Shown here: in pieces, positions 35,389-45,109 of the stretch
Numbering within the stretch: the stretch's first letter is position 1
Layout: every line of letters begins with the position of its first letter
Source of the DNA: a virus
Length of the DNA stretch: 64,000 nt
Direction: 5' to 3' (one strand)
Virus record (IMG/VR): IMGVR_UViG_3300029908_000004
Coordinates: 43,458-107,457 of that record
The notes under the pieces: generated by a model
The model's database searches: none
What the model saw: the letters and a program-made list of their open reading frames with translations, nothing else
What the model was told of the DNA's origin: nothing
Program-made: the position numbers and the translations under genes

Positions 35389-36120
35389 TTACTCCTCTTC
35401 TTCTATTTCAATCTCCTGTGCTACTGCTACAGCAAGTTCCCCAGCGGTGTCGCTGGCCCTATTTGCTGTTAAATGAGAAACGAGCTTGTACCCGTTGTAC
35501 CCAAAGGGATCTGGATAGACATTCACATAAATCTTCTTCTTGATCTTCTTTTGAGCCATGCACAGGGAACCTTCACGCGTCATTCCTTTTGCATCTGAAG
35601 CTATGTGTGCACCACCCAAACGTGAGTGGTACTCCAAAACACATGAACAACTTCCAAGCAAGATACGAGTGAGGATAAATTCCACTCCTGTACATGGTAG
35701 AACCACTGAGTTACCGTTTACCACGTCTTCCAGACTAAACTGTTTCAGAGGTTTCTGTTCTGGCCGTGGAAACCGACTCCAATCAGCCGGGTGCAACGGG
35801 TTTGGCGTAGGCGTCGGTGGTGATTTCTCGAATGTCTTGTTTGGGGCGTCTGCCACGTCTTTCTCATCCTTTCCAAGGACAAACTCCATGCTTCTTCTCT
35901 CCTGTGCTTCATGTTCCATAGTTTTACATCCGTCCCGGATAGTTACGTTTACTAGGAAGCTTGTGCAGAGGGGTTTACACGACGGACATAGATAGATATT
36001 CGTGTCTGGGTTGTGTAAATGAAGCATAGCACGGTCGAGCTTACCTAAGCTCCATTCTTTCCTCTTAGTACTTGCTACGCTTCGGAGGCAACCTGAGCAT
36101 TTTGATACTTTTCTAGGCAT
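35389..36120 (-). CDS. hypothetical protein, paralog B (Zn-finger-like N-terminus, conserved C-terminal domain)
   Basis: Start trimmed to MPRKVSKCSGC; CxxC...CPSC. C-terminus KKKIYVNVYPDPFGYNGYKLV...VAVAQEIEIEEEE. Confidence 0.55.
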   Translation of the reverse strand: MPRKVSKCSGCLRSVASTKRKEWSLGKLDRAMLHLHNPDTNIYLCPSCKPLCTSFLVNVTIRDGCKTMEHEAQERRSMEFVLGKDEKDVADAPNKTFEKSPPTPTPNPLHPADWSRFPRPEQKPLKQFSLEDVVNGNSVVLPCTGVEFILTRILLGSCSCVLEYHSRLGGAHIASDAKGMTREGSLCMAQKKIKKKIYVNVYPDPFGYNGYKLVSHLTANRASDTAGELAVAVAQEIEIEEEE

Positions 36121-36136
36121 TGCCCTCACTTTCAGA

Positions 36137-36523
36137 TTAGCCTTTGAATGTTCCCCAAATCTTCTTATCTTGTGGAAGGTACAGTTCCCACTTCTCATCG
36201 AAGTAACAATTACTTGGTGCGTTCTCGAACATCTTTGCCATGTCTTGGTCACGTAGTCTTGCTCGTCCACAACCTATACGAGTTACTTGGAACTCTCTCT
36301 TTTGCTGGTTAATAGCAAAAGATATGAAGTTCTCTACGTAGACATTTATCTCTTTGAGTGTCAATGTCCTTAGGGACCCATCCTTCGTGGGAATAGCATA
36401 ACTATTCCCGTGGAAACCCATATGACCTTCCACTCCTAATATTGCTCCATATTCTCTTAGCGCTGTTAACGCCGCGCCGGCTCCGTGGCGACCCCCGAGG
36501 TTAGAACCGAAGACAAATATCAC
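36137..36523 (-). CDS. small Rossmann-like protein, nucleoside 2-deoxyribosyltransferase/DNPH1-like (tentative)
   Basis: N-terminal IFVFGSNLGGRHGAGAAL resembles the YFCGSIRGG opening of Rcl/DNPH1 and nucleoside deoxyribosyltransferase-family proteins. Immediately downstream of the PurA-like gene. Confidence 0.4.
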   Translation of the reverse strand: MIFVFGSNLGGRHGAGAALTALREYGAILGVEGHMGFHGNSYAIPTKDGSLRTLTLKEINVYVENFISFAINQQKREFQVTRIGCGRARLRDQDMAKMFENAPSNCYFDEKWELYLPQDKKIWGTFKG

Positions 36524-36538
36524 TTTTGTTACTCTCTT

Positions 36539-37780
36539 TCATTTTAAGATACCTTTGAAGGACTCAACTGACATTCTGTCCTCGAACCTTGGTCCAAACG
36601 AGATTGTGTTGATAGTCGGTTCCAACAAATTCTTTAGAACAGACAAGTAAGTGCTTAGACTCGGGGGTTGTATAAACAAACCCTTCTCTGAGTCGATTAT
36701 CTTCAGATAGTCTGTCCACCTGTCCAAATGGGACAAAGCTATTTCATCTACGCCTTTACAAATCTTAATGGACTTATTGACAAGCCCAATGTCCAAGTGT
36801 CCCACCCGAAACTCCCCTTGATACTCGCCTTTCTGGTTATGATTTTCTGGCAGTAAACCAGTTAATCTCATATCCTCGGTTGGGAATGGACCCACTCCGT
36901 GACGAGTGGCGTAGGTTCTTATACAGCCAATTCTGACTCTGTTACCAATGAACCCAGAAATGTTGAGCAAATCATCAGCATTCCTGAAAGTTGTGTTGGT
37001 CCATGAGTTATACGGATAGGTCCCATACCACTCATCTAACATTACTCCTTGTGCCCCCTCGAACACAGATGCAGTGGATTTTGATAGCAAATCAGAAAGG
37101 AACTCTTGTGGCTTTACCTGAGCGTTCCATTTGCTATATATCCGACTGTGCCATTCAGACCAGTCTTCATTACTATCTACTATGATGTCGTAGTCCTTTT
37201 TCCACTGGTCCACTGGTATCTTTTCCAATGTCGGAAGCAGCTCTTTCAGCTTGGCGAGGTACACCTTGTGAAGGAAGCTCAATTTGCTACGTGTTACCTC
37301 TTCTGATTCTATGTCTTTAGCAAATAGGACGTTGTTCCCATATTCAATGGAATCACTACGAGTTTGTCCTATTCCTTGTCCACAGCTACCGTGTCTGTTC
37401 TTCCCTCTGGCAATTTCTCTCAACCTTCCAAAAGCTATTTGGAAGGGAGTGACTACCAAGCAATCCCCATCAACAAATGTTCTGTCCCATATATCAGTTA
37501 TCCCAAGGGACATTAGATGAGCTGCTTCTCTCATCATGTAGAATGGATTGACCAATGTAAACTTGGACAAGTAAGTCTTCACATTGGGTTGTAGCATCCC
37601 ACTACCAAACTGTTGGAAGGTATGGCTTCTCGATAATTCAACAACGTTATGTGCAGCTTGTGGCCCACCGTTGTATCGAACTATCAAATCAGCTTTGTGA
37701 GTACGGGTTAGATACTCTACGTGGGCTCCTTTTGCGCAATCGCCCCATAGCATCCCAGCAACGAGATATGCTATACCCAT
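36539..37780 (-). CDS. adenylosuccinate synthetase family protein (PurA/PurZ-like) with divergent nucleotide-binding motifs
   Basis: PurA fold hallmarks (LWGDCAKGAHVE...VRYNGGPQAAHN; GSCGQGIGQT; TYATRHGVGPFPTE). The P-loop GDEGKGK is replaced by GDCAKGA and the guanine-specificity motif TKLD by SHLD. Start at the Met with a GGAGG SD. Confidence 0.85.
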   Translation of the reverse strand: MGIAYLVAGMLWGDCAKGAHVEYLTRTHKADLIVRYNGGPQAAHNVVELSRSHTFQQFGSGMLQPNVKTYLSKFTLVNPFYMMREAAHLMSLGITDIWDRTFVDGDCLVVTPFQIAFGRLREIARGKNRHGSCGQGIGQTRSDSIEYGNNVLFAKDIESEEVTRSKLSFLHKVYLAKLKELLPTLEKIPVDQWKKDYDIIVDSNEDWSEWHSRIYSKWNAQVKPQEFLSDLLSKSTASVFEGAQGVMLDEWYGTYPYNSWTNTTFRNADDLLNISGFIGNRVRIGCIRTYATRHGVGPFPTEDMRLTGLLPENHNQKGEYQGEFRVGHLDIGLVNKSIKICKGVDEIALSHLDRWTDYLKIIDSEKGLFIQPPSLSTYLSVLKNLLEPTINTISFGPRFEDRMSVESFKGILK

Positions 37781-37871
37781 TAGTACCTCCATCTCTATTT
37801 GAGTTTGTGCTGTAATACTTACATGGATGAAGCATTCCTGATTACTTAGTTAAGCACAAGAAGTTGACGTT

Positions 37872-38096
37872 TCACCTCTCGATTTTCTTATCTAACCATT
37901 CAGTGAACACCATGAAACTATCTCTTGGTGTTAACATTGACACTACAAGGGTGATAGGGCCTAACAGAACAAATATGACCAAACCGACTACGAATAACAA
38001 AGTTCGGTTCCTACGATCACACTGTTCTGTATAGGCCCATATCCAAGGTAGTGCCATAACAAGACCGAACGCTACCCAGATTTCCACCAAATGCAT
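37872..38096 (-). CDS. small membrane protein (74 aa)
   Basis: Two TM helices. Confidence 0.45.
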   Translation of the reverse strand: MHLVEIWVAFGLVMALPWIWAYTEQCDRRNRTLLFVVGLVIFVLLGPITLVVSMLTPRDSFMVFTEWLDKKIER

Positions 38097-38098
38097 GG

Positions 38099-39022
38099 TT
38101 AAGACTCTTCTCTGAAGAACTCTCCACCACTTGCAGTTGCTGTGGAGGCTTTCTCCTTGTCTGTCGCTTCAGCTTTCTCCATCTCTGAGGCAACGACTTC
38201 GATTAGATGCTTTGGACTCTGAACGGTGATAACGTTGTTATCACCAACCAGTTTTACATACTGCTCTCTGGCCTCTGTCTGTCCACTGGTAGGCCAAAGG
38301 AACATTAGATGATACTTTGCTTGAACTTCTTTGACGATCTCCTCAATGGGGATGTCAGCTTGGATGTGATCGTCGAAAACATATTCCACATGTTTCGCGC
38401 TCACTTTACTGAACACTGGCTCGTCGGCATAGAGGAACATGTACCCTTTCTTTCCTCTCTTATCCAGTGAGTCAAGCTTCGTCTTGCGAGCGGCGCAGTA
38501 CAACAGTAGATCGTAAGACTCTCCCGGGTTAGAGCCGCCCCGTCCAATTAACCAAGTTGCACATATCGAGTCGTCGATACGATTGTCTGATTCAAAATCG
38601 GACACCTGAATACAGGATGGACCTGAAGTCAGGTAATCATCGTTTGACCAGACAGCAACTTGTGGATTGGGTATCACTTTCAGCAGTCGTGCCATCAGAG
38701 TTGGCAGCTCCTTTTGTGCGATGACAGCGTTGCTGTAGTTTGATCCAGTTACATCAAACGTGAGAATGACAGGCAAAGATTCAGGGTGTTCTGTACTGTC
38801 ACAACTCTCCAGAACCCCCATTGCTTTCTTGTTGATCCGAAGAGGATCAAGCATCTGATTAACCTTTTGTGTCTTTTCTGCCTCCTCGGTGTAAGCGAAA
38901 TCCTTTACCCCTGATTTGGAACGTAATGCTCTTGCCGTTCCATAACTCGCTTCTGAAAATGTTCCTCCTCCGATATAGCTAACCCATCCCTTTCCTAAGA
39001 TTGAGTTTGGCAAATTCTCCAA
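38099..39022 (-). CDS. vWA-like domain protein (307 aa)
   Basis: Possible MIDAS variant ILTFDVTGSN; Rossmann-like alternation. Assignment tentative. Confidence 0.5.
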   Translation of the reverse strand: MENLPNSILGKGWVSYIGGGTFSEASYGTARALRSKSGVKDFAYTEEAEKTQKVNQMLDPLRINKKAMGVLESCDSTEHPESLPVILTFDVTGSNYSNAVIAQKELPTLMARLLKVIPNPQVAVWSNDDYLTSGPSCIQVSDFESDNRIDDSICATWLIGRGGSNPGESYDLLLYCAARKTKLDSLDKRGKKGYMFLYADEPVFSKVSAKHVEYVFDDHIQADIPIEEIVKEVQAKYHLMFLWPTSGQTEAREQYVKLVGDNNVITVQSPKHLIEVVASEMEKAEATDKEKASTATASGGEFFREES

Positions 39023-39063
39023 ACTCGGCTAAGGCAGCCTTGGCTGCTCCAATTTGTTACTTG

Positions 39064-39453
39064 TTAAACTTCGTTCCAAACTTTTCCATACCCTCGCTCC
39101 CAGTATGGTTCTAGAGACTTCCCAGTGATTTCGTCTTCTAGCATAGACATTTGCTGTCGGTGCTGGTCTCTGGACTGTTCTAACCGGAAATGGAATGAAC
39201 TACCCTCCCGAAGCGTTATCAGAGGGACATAATCAATGTTCCCAATCTTCCTGAGCTTTAGCTTACAGGCTACATATTCATGTAGATGATATGTATACTG
39301 TCTCTCTAGATCGGTAACAGGACTAGCTTGTCTTCGCCTTATGCGACGTAGCCTGCTTGCTATGACAAGAGCCTGAGCTTTGGACAACACTTCCATTGTG
39401 AAGAGCCCAGCTTCCTCGTGAGCGCTTGCTCGAAGCTCTTCCAAGATGCTCAT
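39064..39453 (-). CDS. hypothetical protein (129 aa)
   Basis: Intact ORF. Confidence 0.5.
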   Translation of the reverse strand: MSILEELRASAHEEAGLFTMEVLSKAQALVIASRLRRIRRRQASPVTDLERQYTYHLHEYVACKLKLRKIGNIDYVPLITLREGSSFHFRLEQSRDQHRQQMSMLEDEITGKSLEPYWERGYGKVWNEV

Positions 39454-39455
39454 AC

Positions 39456-40010
39456 CTATTCCTTCTTCCGCCCCTCGTTCCCCTTGTTACTGTTGGAGAC
39501 GATCTCACTGATCTGCGTAAAGTCATTCTCCTCCAACCCACGCTGCAACGCCTTCTGGAGTTTCGTGTGTTCTTTGAGCAGATTCTCCATTAGCGCTGCT
39601 TGCTCGGGATCGAACACAGGTTGACCGACTACTTTCTTGTTTCCATTCTCATCGAACGAGAAACCTGCTGGTTTCGGTTTGATACGCTTCCGCTCATGCT
39701 CGTTCTTCTCGATGAGTTCAAGAATGAGAGCAGTGGCATGAACGTTCTTCTCGACTTCCTTCGCTGCCAAACCGTCAATGACAGCTTTCCTGACTACATC
39801 GCCGGTAGCTATCTTCTTGACTTCTTGGCGAACCGAAATAGACGGAAGAACTGATTTGACAGCTTCGGTAATTCTAATGTCAGCCTTGTACGCCTTAACT
39901 TCAGACTGAGGTTCAGAAGAGGTAACTTCGTTACCAAGGGTCTCTGGGACTGGTTCATTCTGAGTCCCTTCTACTTCGGGAGATGGCTGATCCTTATCCT
40001 CTCGTCCCAT
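39456..40010 (-). CDS. hypothetical protein (184 aa)
   Basis: Intact ORF. Confidence 0.5.
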   Translation of the reverse strand: MGREDKDQPSPEVEGTQNEPVPETLGNEVTSSEPQSEVKAYKADIRITEAVKSVLPSISVRQEVKKIATGDVVRKAVIDGLAAKEVEKNVHATALILELIEKNEHERKRIKPKPAGFSFDENGNKKVVGQPVFDPEQAALMENLLKEHTKLQKALQRGLEENDFTQISEIVSNSNKGNEGRKKE

Positions 40011-40411
40011 TAAATTGTTCCTTTCGTGGGTAAAGGTTTAATCTTCCTTTGTTTGGACTTCTTCCTTTTCGTAGGCTTCCTGACGCACTGCTTGATACTT
40101 GCTTTGTCAGTCCCTTTCTCTTTGACTGGCTGTTCTTCAACACAAGGCTTCTTACCACGTTGCTTCTCACGATAGAACGCAATAGCTGCCTCCACTACAT
40201 CAATCTTTGAGTCCCAGTATTGTGCAGCAACTGGTTCATAAGCTTCTCTCCACAATAAGTACTTCGGTGTAACAAATTCTGGTACTGATGGTCTTTCTAT
40301 GTGTAACTTTTCGATTTTCCTTAGTAGGTTTATATGATTCCCAACTACCTCCAAGAATGACTCTTCAGCCTTATTAGATACTTCTATTTGGCTGTCTTTT
40401 CCGCTCTTCAT
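40010..40411 (-). CDS. hypothetical protein (133 aa), basic C-terminus
   Basis: Intact ORF; KRKKSKQRKIK tail. Confidence 0.5.
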   Translation of the reverse strand: MKSGKDSQIEVSNKAEESFLEVVGNHINLLRKIEKLHIERPSVPEFVTPKYLLWREAYEPVAAQYWDSKIDVVEAAIAFYREKQRGKKPCVEEQPVKEKGTDKASIKQCVRKPTKRKKSKQRKIKPLPTKGTI

Positions 40412-40452
40412 CTACTCTAACCTTCTTTTCTATTACTACCACTTTGCACCTT

Positions 40453-40986
40453 CTAGAAGATGCTACTACGATTCCAAGTAGTGTTTGGCACATCAAAACG
40501 ATGCAAAATATCTAGTTCCTCACTGTAACAATTACATATGCGAACGAACTTGTCCAAGGCCGTGTTGAACTCCCTCAAAGCTTTGTCACACCGCTTCGAG
40601 GGCAGAGTCCATATATCTTTCTCTTGATCTTGGCACGTCTTACAGTGATCTCTGTTAGCTTCAATCACTTCTAGATTAGCATCACTGAAAGACTTACCCT
40701 TTTCAATCACTTCTACGGGTAAAGCAGAGAAAACTGGACGAAAGTTATTTATCCTTACCACTATCTCCACTTTGGGTTTGTTAGCAAGGATATACTGAAT
40801 CCGTTCTTCAGGAGGAGCAGTTAGTGGTTCACACGGGATAGTATGGTGAACGTTCCATCCCCAAGTTTCCCCAACTTTCCATTCTACTGTGCTCCATGCC
40901 TTTTGCCATTCTTCAATTGCTTCTTTTATCCTTTTTTCCCGTTCTGCCAGATAAAAGTTGTTTGCTAGACCCACACGCAGATTCAT
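40453..40986 (-). CDS. hypothetical protein (177 aa)
   Basis: Intact ORF; CKTC...CNC cysteines. Confidence 0.5.
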   Translation of the reverse strand: MNLRVGLANNFYLAEREKRIKEAIEEWQKAWSTVEWKVGETWGWNVHHTIPCEPLTAPPEERIQYILANKPKVEIVVRINNFRPVFSALPVEVIEKGKSFSDANLEVIEANRDHCKTCQDQEKDIWTLPSKRCDKALREFNTALDKFVRICNCYSEELDILHRFDVPNTTWNRSSIF

Positions 40987-41031
40987 ACAAGTCCTCCGGG
41001 TTCAATCTCTTTTCTGTATCTCCTTATCCAA

Positions 41032-42654
41032 TTAGCTCGCCCTGTGCCACCCCTTGGCAGATTTCAGGGCAAAAAGAATGTTCTTAGCTTCTGCTGAGTC
41101 TCCTCCAGCCAAACTTTCAGTGTACATTAACATTGCAGCTTCAGTGTTTCCCTTGTCTGGGTGAAAATCAAGGAATACACCAGCCCTTGGGACTTGTCTA
41201 TCAGTTAGATTCTGGGCTTTTATCTTTGCCACCGCTCCAATTAGTTGGTCTCTGTGGTCCCAGATCCACTGTCTCTTCTCATCAGTAATACTGAAGCTAC
41301 CAATTTCTCCCCTAGCCCCGTTAGCAGGGTTCTCAACAACCATCCTGCCAACGGAACCTGAGTACTTACCTGATCCTTCAAGGATCTCCACAACAGGTAG
41401 ATCAAAAGGATCCGTGTTCTTTACTTTGAACCAATTACCCTCGCCGACTTTACTATCAACAGACTTGGCGACAATTCCTTCACCATATGGCATTGGTTGA
41501 GCAATAACCATATCGTAGAACTCTTCTGGTGACTGGTATCGCCCTTTCTCAGCACTCACGTACCAGTGCTTGTTGAAAATCCTAACTTCGGCAATGGTAT
41601 CCTTAAGTAGCGCACGCCGCTCTCCGTATGGCAACTTTGATACGTCCCTACCACGGTACTTGAGAATATCCCAAGCAACAAAGGTGGCCTCACCACGGAG
41701 CGCCTGAATTTGGCGAGCCTTTTCCGGATAAGCATTTAGGATCCCTCCTATTCTCCCAGGGCCATCGGGATGGACTAATTCACCTCTTACAAGGGATCCA
41801 CGTAAATTTGGACCTCTGAACAACTTTCTGGAAGACCACAAATTTGATGTGTTACTTATATGCTCCAACTGTGGAAGCCTGTCGTAATATGTCTCCCCTT
41901 CTTCTCTATGGCTTCTAAAGGTAGCATAGTTGTCCATGATGAGTACGTTAGAAAGTGAACCATCATACTTCTGTTCAAATACGTACTCATCTGGGTTGAC
42001 GGTTTTTAGCCAGTTTCTCAGCTTCGTTCTGTAAGCTGGTTTTGGTATTACCATGCCTTCGTCTTTCATCGGGACTATAAGCTTTCCCTTCGGAGTGGTC
42101 ACAAAGGCATAGCGCCCCTTGAATTCGCCAGATGGTATGTTAAGTTCCCACTGCTCTGTTCCAGGAGGTACCCCCTCAACGACAAGGTCGTAATGCAAGC
42201 CAGCTCTGATTGCATTATGAGAGTGGTAATTAATTTTGGCGGGAAAGGTCCTTTCACCAATCTTAACAATACCGACCTTAGAAAGAAGCAGTGTTTTAAT
42301 TCCTTTACCGTAACCTTCCTCGATTTCCCCAGAGAAGTCTGTGATAAAGTGCGGATCATTCTCGATCGCAAGCGCACGCTTGCCACTGATCGGTAAACCC
42401 TTCGGAATCGCGTACTTGGCAAACGCCGGATTAGGCGTGAATTCATTAAGGGTAGCTCCATCTACTGACCTCGTAGGATACCATCTAGAAGTGTACAATC
42501 TAGAACGGGGATACTTAGGTAACAACATAGCATGAAGATTGTTTTGAACTCTTGGCTGTATAACAGAACCAAAAGTATCAAGTCCGATGTCTAATCCAGT
42601 CCTGAGTAGGGCTTTCGATATCGTTTTTACCCATCTCCAAACTTTGCTTTTCAT
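41032..42654 (-). CDS. ATP-dependent DNA ligase with N-terminal phosphoesterase-like region
   Basis: Motif I EQKYDGSLS (KxDG), downstream ligase motifs (GEGIVAKS). N-terminal HYDLVVEG segment resembles the LigD 3'-phosphoesterase HYDLRLE. Start at the Met with a GGGAG SD, coupled ATGA overlap with the upstream ORF. Confidence 0.8.
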   Translation of the reverse strand: MKSKVWRWVKTISKALLRTGLDIGLDTFGSVIQPRVQNNLHAMLLPKYPRSRLYTSRWYPTRSVDGATLNEFTPNPAFAKYAIPKGLPISGKRALAIENDPHFITDFSGEIEEGYGKGIKTLLLSKVGIVKIGERTFPAKINYHSHNAIRAGLHYDLVVEGVPPGTEQWELNIPSGEFKGRYAFVTTPKGKLIVPMKDEGMVIPKPAYRTKLRNWLKTVNPDEYVFEQKYDGSLSNVLIMDNYATFRSHREEGETYYDRLPQLEHISNTSNLWSSRKLFRGPNLRGSLVRGELVHPDGPGRIGGILNAYPEKARQIQALRGEATFVAWDILKYRGRDVSKLPYGERRALLKDTIAEVRIFNKHWYVSAEKGRYQSPEEFYDMVIAQPMPYGEGIVAKSVDSKVGEGNWFKVKNTDPFDLPVVEILEGSGKYSGSVGRMVVENPANGARGEIGSFSITDEKRQWIWDHRDQLIGAVAKIKAQNLTDRQVPRAGVFLDFHPDKGNTEAAMLMYTESLAGGDSAEAKNILFALKSAKGWHRAS

Positions 42655-42872
42655 GTTGTCACTCCCGGTATTTTCCACAAATCTAGGTTACATTTATACT
42701 CCGGGTAGCGCTTCATCAGAAGAAGAATACTTGGTAATATAATTGCGTAGTTCTCTTTATCTGTACTAATTATAGCTTGAGCCATAGCTGTTAAGAAGTC
42801 TTCAGCGTTATAGGGCTCAGCGTAAAGGATACCGTAGGCCCATATCAAAACGTTTCGGTCCTTCTCAGGCAT

Positions 42873-43574
42873 TTACTTACCTCTTTCCATACGCCAAAAT
42901 TCCTGTGGTAAGTCTTCTTCATTGACTCGGACAAATTGCTTATCACGATTTACATACTTTACAATAGGGCAAACACTATCAATGTGAGCTCTTACTACAC
43001 ACAATTGTTCAGCGTCACAAGAGTCTAACTGTCCAACTTCGCTGGCTTCTTTCATAAATGGTTGATCTTCTATACCCGTGGAGACGAATGGGTGTTCTTT
43101 CCACCAAGACTTCAGATACATTTGACTTGTTCCACAAGCATAAAACTCGCTTGGTGGATGGACAAATAGATCATGGTAGAACTTAAAGCATTCCTCGTTA
43201 TCTGTGTCAAAGAACAGGATGTTATGCCAACCTGTTACAGCTTTGCCTGTCTGAGCCAGTCTATCAACTTGAGCCTGAATACGATTGTCTGCGAACCAAT
43301 CATCACAGTCCCAAGTAACACAGATTTCACCGGTTGCATGTAGCGTTCCTAAGTTGCGTAAGGCCCCCACAGGCCGCTTTTCACATTGTATATAAACAAT
43401 CCTTGGGTCATTGATAGGAAGAAGATGTTGAATCTTCTTATCGTTAGGGTTGTTATCGACTACAATGAGTTCTCGGTTCTCATAGGTCTGGTTTAGGAAA
43501 CATTGAATTGCTATTTTTGCAATGTCCCCATAGTAAGCAGGCATTACACAAGAAACTTTTAACATGATTGACAT
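42873..43574 (-). CDS. family-2 glycosyltransferase (GT-A fold)
   Basis: VSCVMPAYYGDIAKIAIQCFLNQTYENRELIVVDNNPND; DxD-like CDD further on. Confidence 0.7.
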   Translation of the reverse strand: MSIMLKVSCVMPAYYGDIAKIAIQCFLNQTYENRELIVVDNNPNDKKIQHLLPINDPRIVYIQCEKRPVGALRNLGTLHATGEICVTWDCDDWFADNRIQAQVDRLAQTGKAVTGWHNILFFDTDNEECFKFYHDLFVHPPSEFYACGTSQMYLKSWWKEHPFVSTGIEDQPFMKEASEVGQLDSCDAEQLCVVRAHIDSVCPIVKYVNRDKQFVRVNEEDLPQEFWRMERGK

Positions 43575-43595
43575 TTATCCTTTGACACTACAAAA

Positions 43596-44192
43596 TCAAT
43601 AAGTAAAGAGCGTTATCAAGGTAATGATAGCTATTAAAGCTATTGCTACCCCGTGGTACTCCCTTGGGCTAATATAGTAGTTACTACCAACGTACTCAGC
43701 GATTTTATAGTCCCTTATCTTTTTACCTTTGTCGTTGTAGTGCTCACCAATAACTACGGACCTAGTCATACACGTTTTCTTATATGACCATAGCCAAATT
43801 GATAGGGAAACAACCATGAACAGTAATCCCATTGATATATGTACCAATATACCAATAAGACTATCGCCTATCAACTTCCATACTACTACAATAGCAGTTA
43901 ATTTGCCAACTGGTGTCTGGGCAAAGTTGTTGGCTTGAATGTTAATAGCAGACATAGAATCATTGATTGCTACCCCAACTTCTTTTCCTACCCCCACCCA
44001 ACTGTGAACTTCCGTCTTCACATCCGTCTTCTGGACTTGCTGTAGTTGATATTCTGTCAACAGACTTTTTGGGACTACTACGTGGTCTGTATCCTGACCT
44101 TGGCTCATCGTAGGTGTCAGTAGTAGCATTGATACGAACACCAAGGTTATCATTAGCCTTAGGCTCAATAACCTCTTCCTTAACTGGTTCAT
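43596..44192 (-). CDS. membrane protein (198 aa)
   Basis: Signal/TM N-terminus and two C-terminal TM helices. The N-terminal 233 nt overlap ORF 43960-44547 in another frame. Confidence 0.5.
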   Translation of the reverse strand: MNQLRKRLLSLRLMITLVFVSMLLLTPTMSQGQDTDHVVVPKSLLTEYQLQQVQKTDVKTEVHSWVGVGKEVGVAINDSMSAINIQANNFAQTPVGKLTAIVVVWKLIGDSLIGILVHISMGLLFMVVSLSIWLWSYKKTCMTRSVVIGEHYNDKGKKIRDYKIAEYVGSNYYISPREYHGVAIALIAIITLITLFTY

Positions 44193-44547
44193 TTTCTCCC
44201 CTTATTCTCCACAACTCAGTCGCTTGACAAACATGGCCAAGCTGGCCAAATATATCACTTAGACCTGAAGCTTGTTTCAACACTAACAAAAGCTCAGGGT
44301 TCTCAGCGATGTACTCATCCCATAACTGTGAGTACAATTTGGTAACAGCTTCCATGTTTACTGCTTGTCTTCCTTTTGCTTGTCTCCAAGACAACCCAGT
44401 TGTCCCATCCTCGAAGATCTTGGCTGCTTGGTAAATTTCTTCAATGGGCTTGTTACCACGACTTCGGATTCTAGCCCAGAACGCACTGAGCCTTTTGAAA
44501 CCACGAGTTGAGCATTCTATAAATGGTGGATTACCATGTTTTACCAA
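43960..44547 (-). CDS. hypothetical protein (N-terminal NPPF motif)
   Basis: Globular-looking first 120 aa (HGNPPFIECSTRGFKRL...); the C-terminal 75 aa is low-complexity and overlaps the next gene, so the real stop is uncertain. Confidence 0.45.
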   Translation of the reverse strand: MVKHGNPPFIECSTRGFKRLSAFWARIRSRGNKPIEEIYQAAKIFEDGTTGLSWRQAKGRQAVNMEAVTKLYSQLWDEYIAENPELLLVLKQASGLSDIFGQLGHVCQATELWRIRGENEPVKEEVIEPKANDNLGVRINATTDTYDEPRSGYRPRSSPKKSVDRISTTASPEDGCEDGSSQLGGGRKRSWGSNQ

Positions 44548-44559
44548 CTCTCTTCCTCC

Positions 44560-44820
44560 TCAAAGATTCTTGTAAGCACGACGGAGTATAAACCAACCCT
44601 CTTCGTCTGAGACACCATCCAGCTCGTCTCCAAGCAACTCCATTGAAGCAACTACTTTCTCGTGAGCTTCCTGATAAGTTTCTGAATCTTCTGCATGGAA
44701 GTTTTTGGCAAATCTACGGAAGGCAGAGACATCTCTGAGATCTGCGTCTGGTCTGCTCTTTTTTATTTCACGCAGTAGTTCAGCATCTGACATGTTACTA
44801 ATCATCTTGACTTTCTCCAT
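44560..44820 (-). CDS. hypothetical protein (86 aa)
   Basis: Intact ORF. Confidence 0.45.
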   Translation of the reverse strand: MEKVKMISNMSDAELLREIKKSRPDADLRDVSAFRRFAKNFHAEDSETYQEAHEKVVASMELLGDELDGVSDEEGWFILRRAYKNL

Positions 44821-44840
44821 TCGGGAGCTTCAACCTTTAG

Positions 44841-45104
44841 CTAAAAATGTCCGCCAAAGGTTTCCTCTGTTCCTTGAACCAACTCATGTCTTTTCACACA
44901 GCCACCAGTACCAAACCTACATATACCACTAGAGTGACCATATACAACACACTCATCACCCGGTTTTCTTGGCATTGATTTCTTTATGAAGGAGAGTTCA
45001 GTCATAAGTGCGTTACACCTGTACTTATGGTCTTCGAGGATCACGAAGCTACATACACACATCAAAATGATTAGTGTAATGAAGCCAATAAAGATAAGAT
45101 TCAT
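44841..45104 (-). CDS. membrane-anchored Cys-containing protein (87 aa)
   Basis: N-terminal TM helix. Confidence 0.45.
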   Translation of the reverse strand: MNLIFIGFITLIILMCVCSFVILEDHKYRCNALMTELSFIKKSMPRKPGDECVVYGHSSGICRFGTGGCVKRHELVQGTEETFGGHF

Positions 45105-45109
45105 TGTAA

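Noticed and set aside
43960-44547. DNA N6-adenine methyltransferase call based on NPPF
   Set aside because: NPPF lies at residue 7 with no upstream SAM-binding motif; a single tetrapeptide is insufficient.
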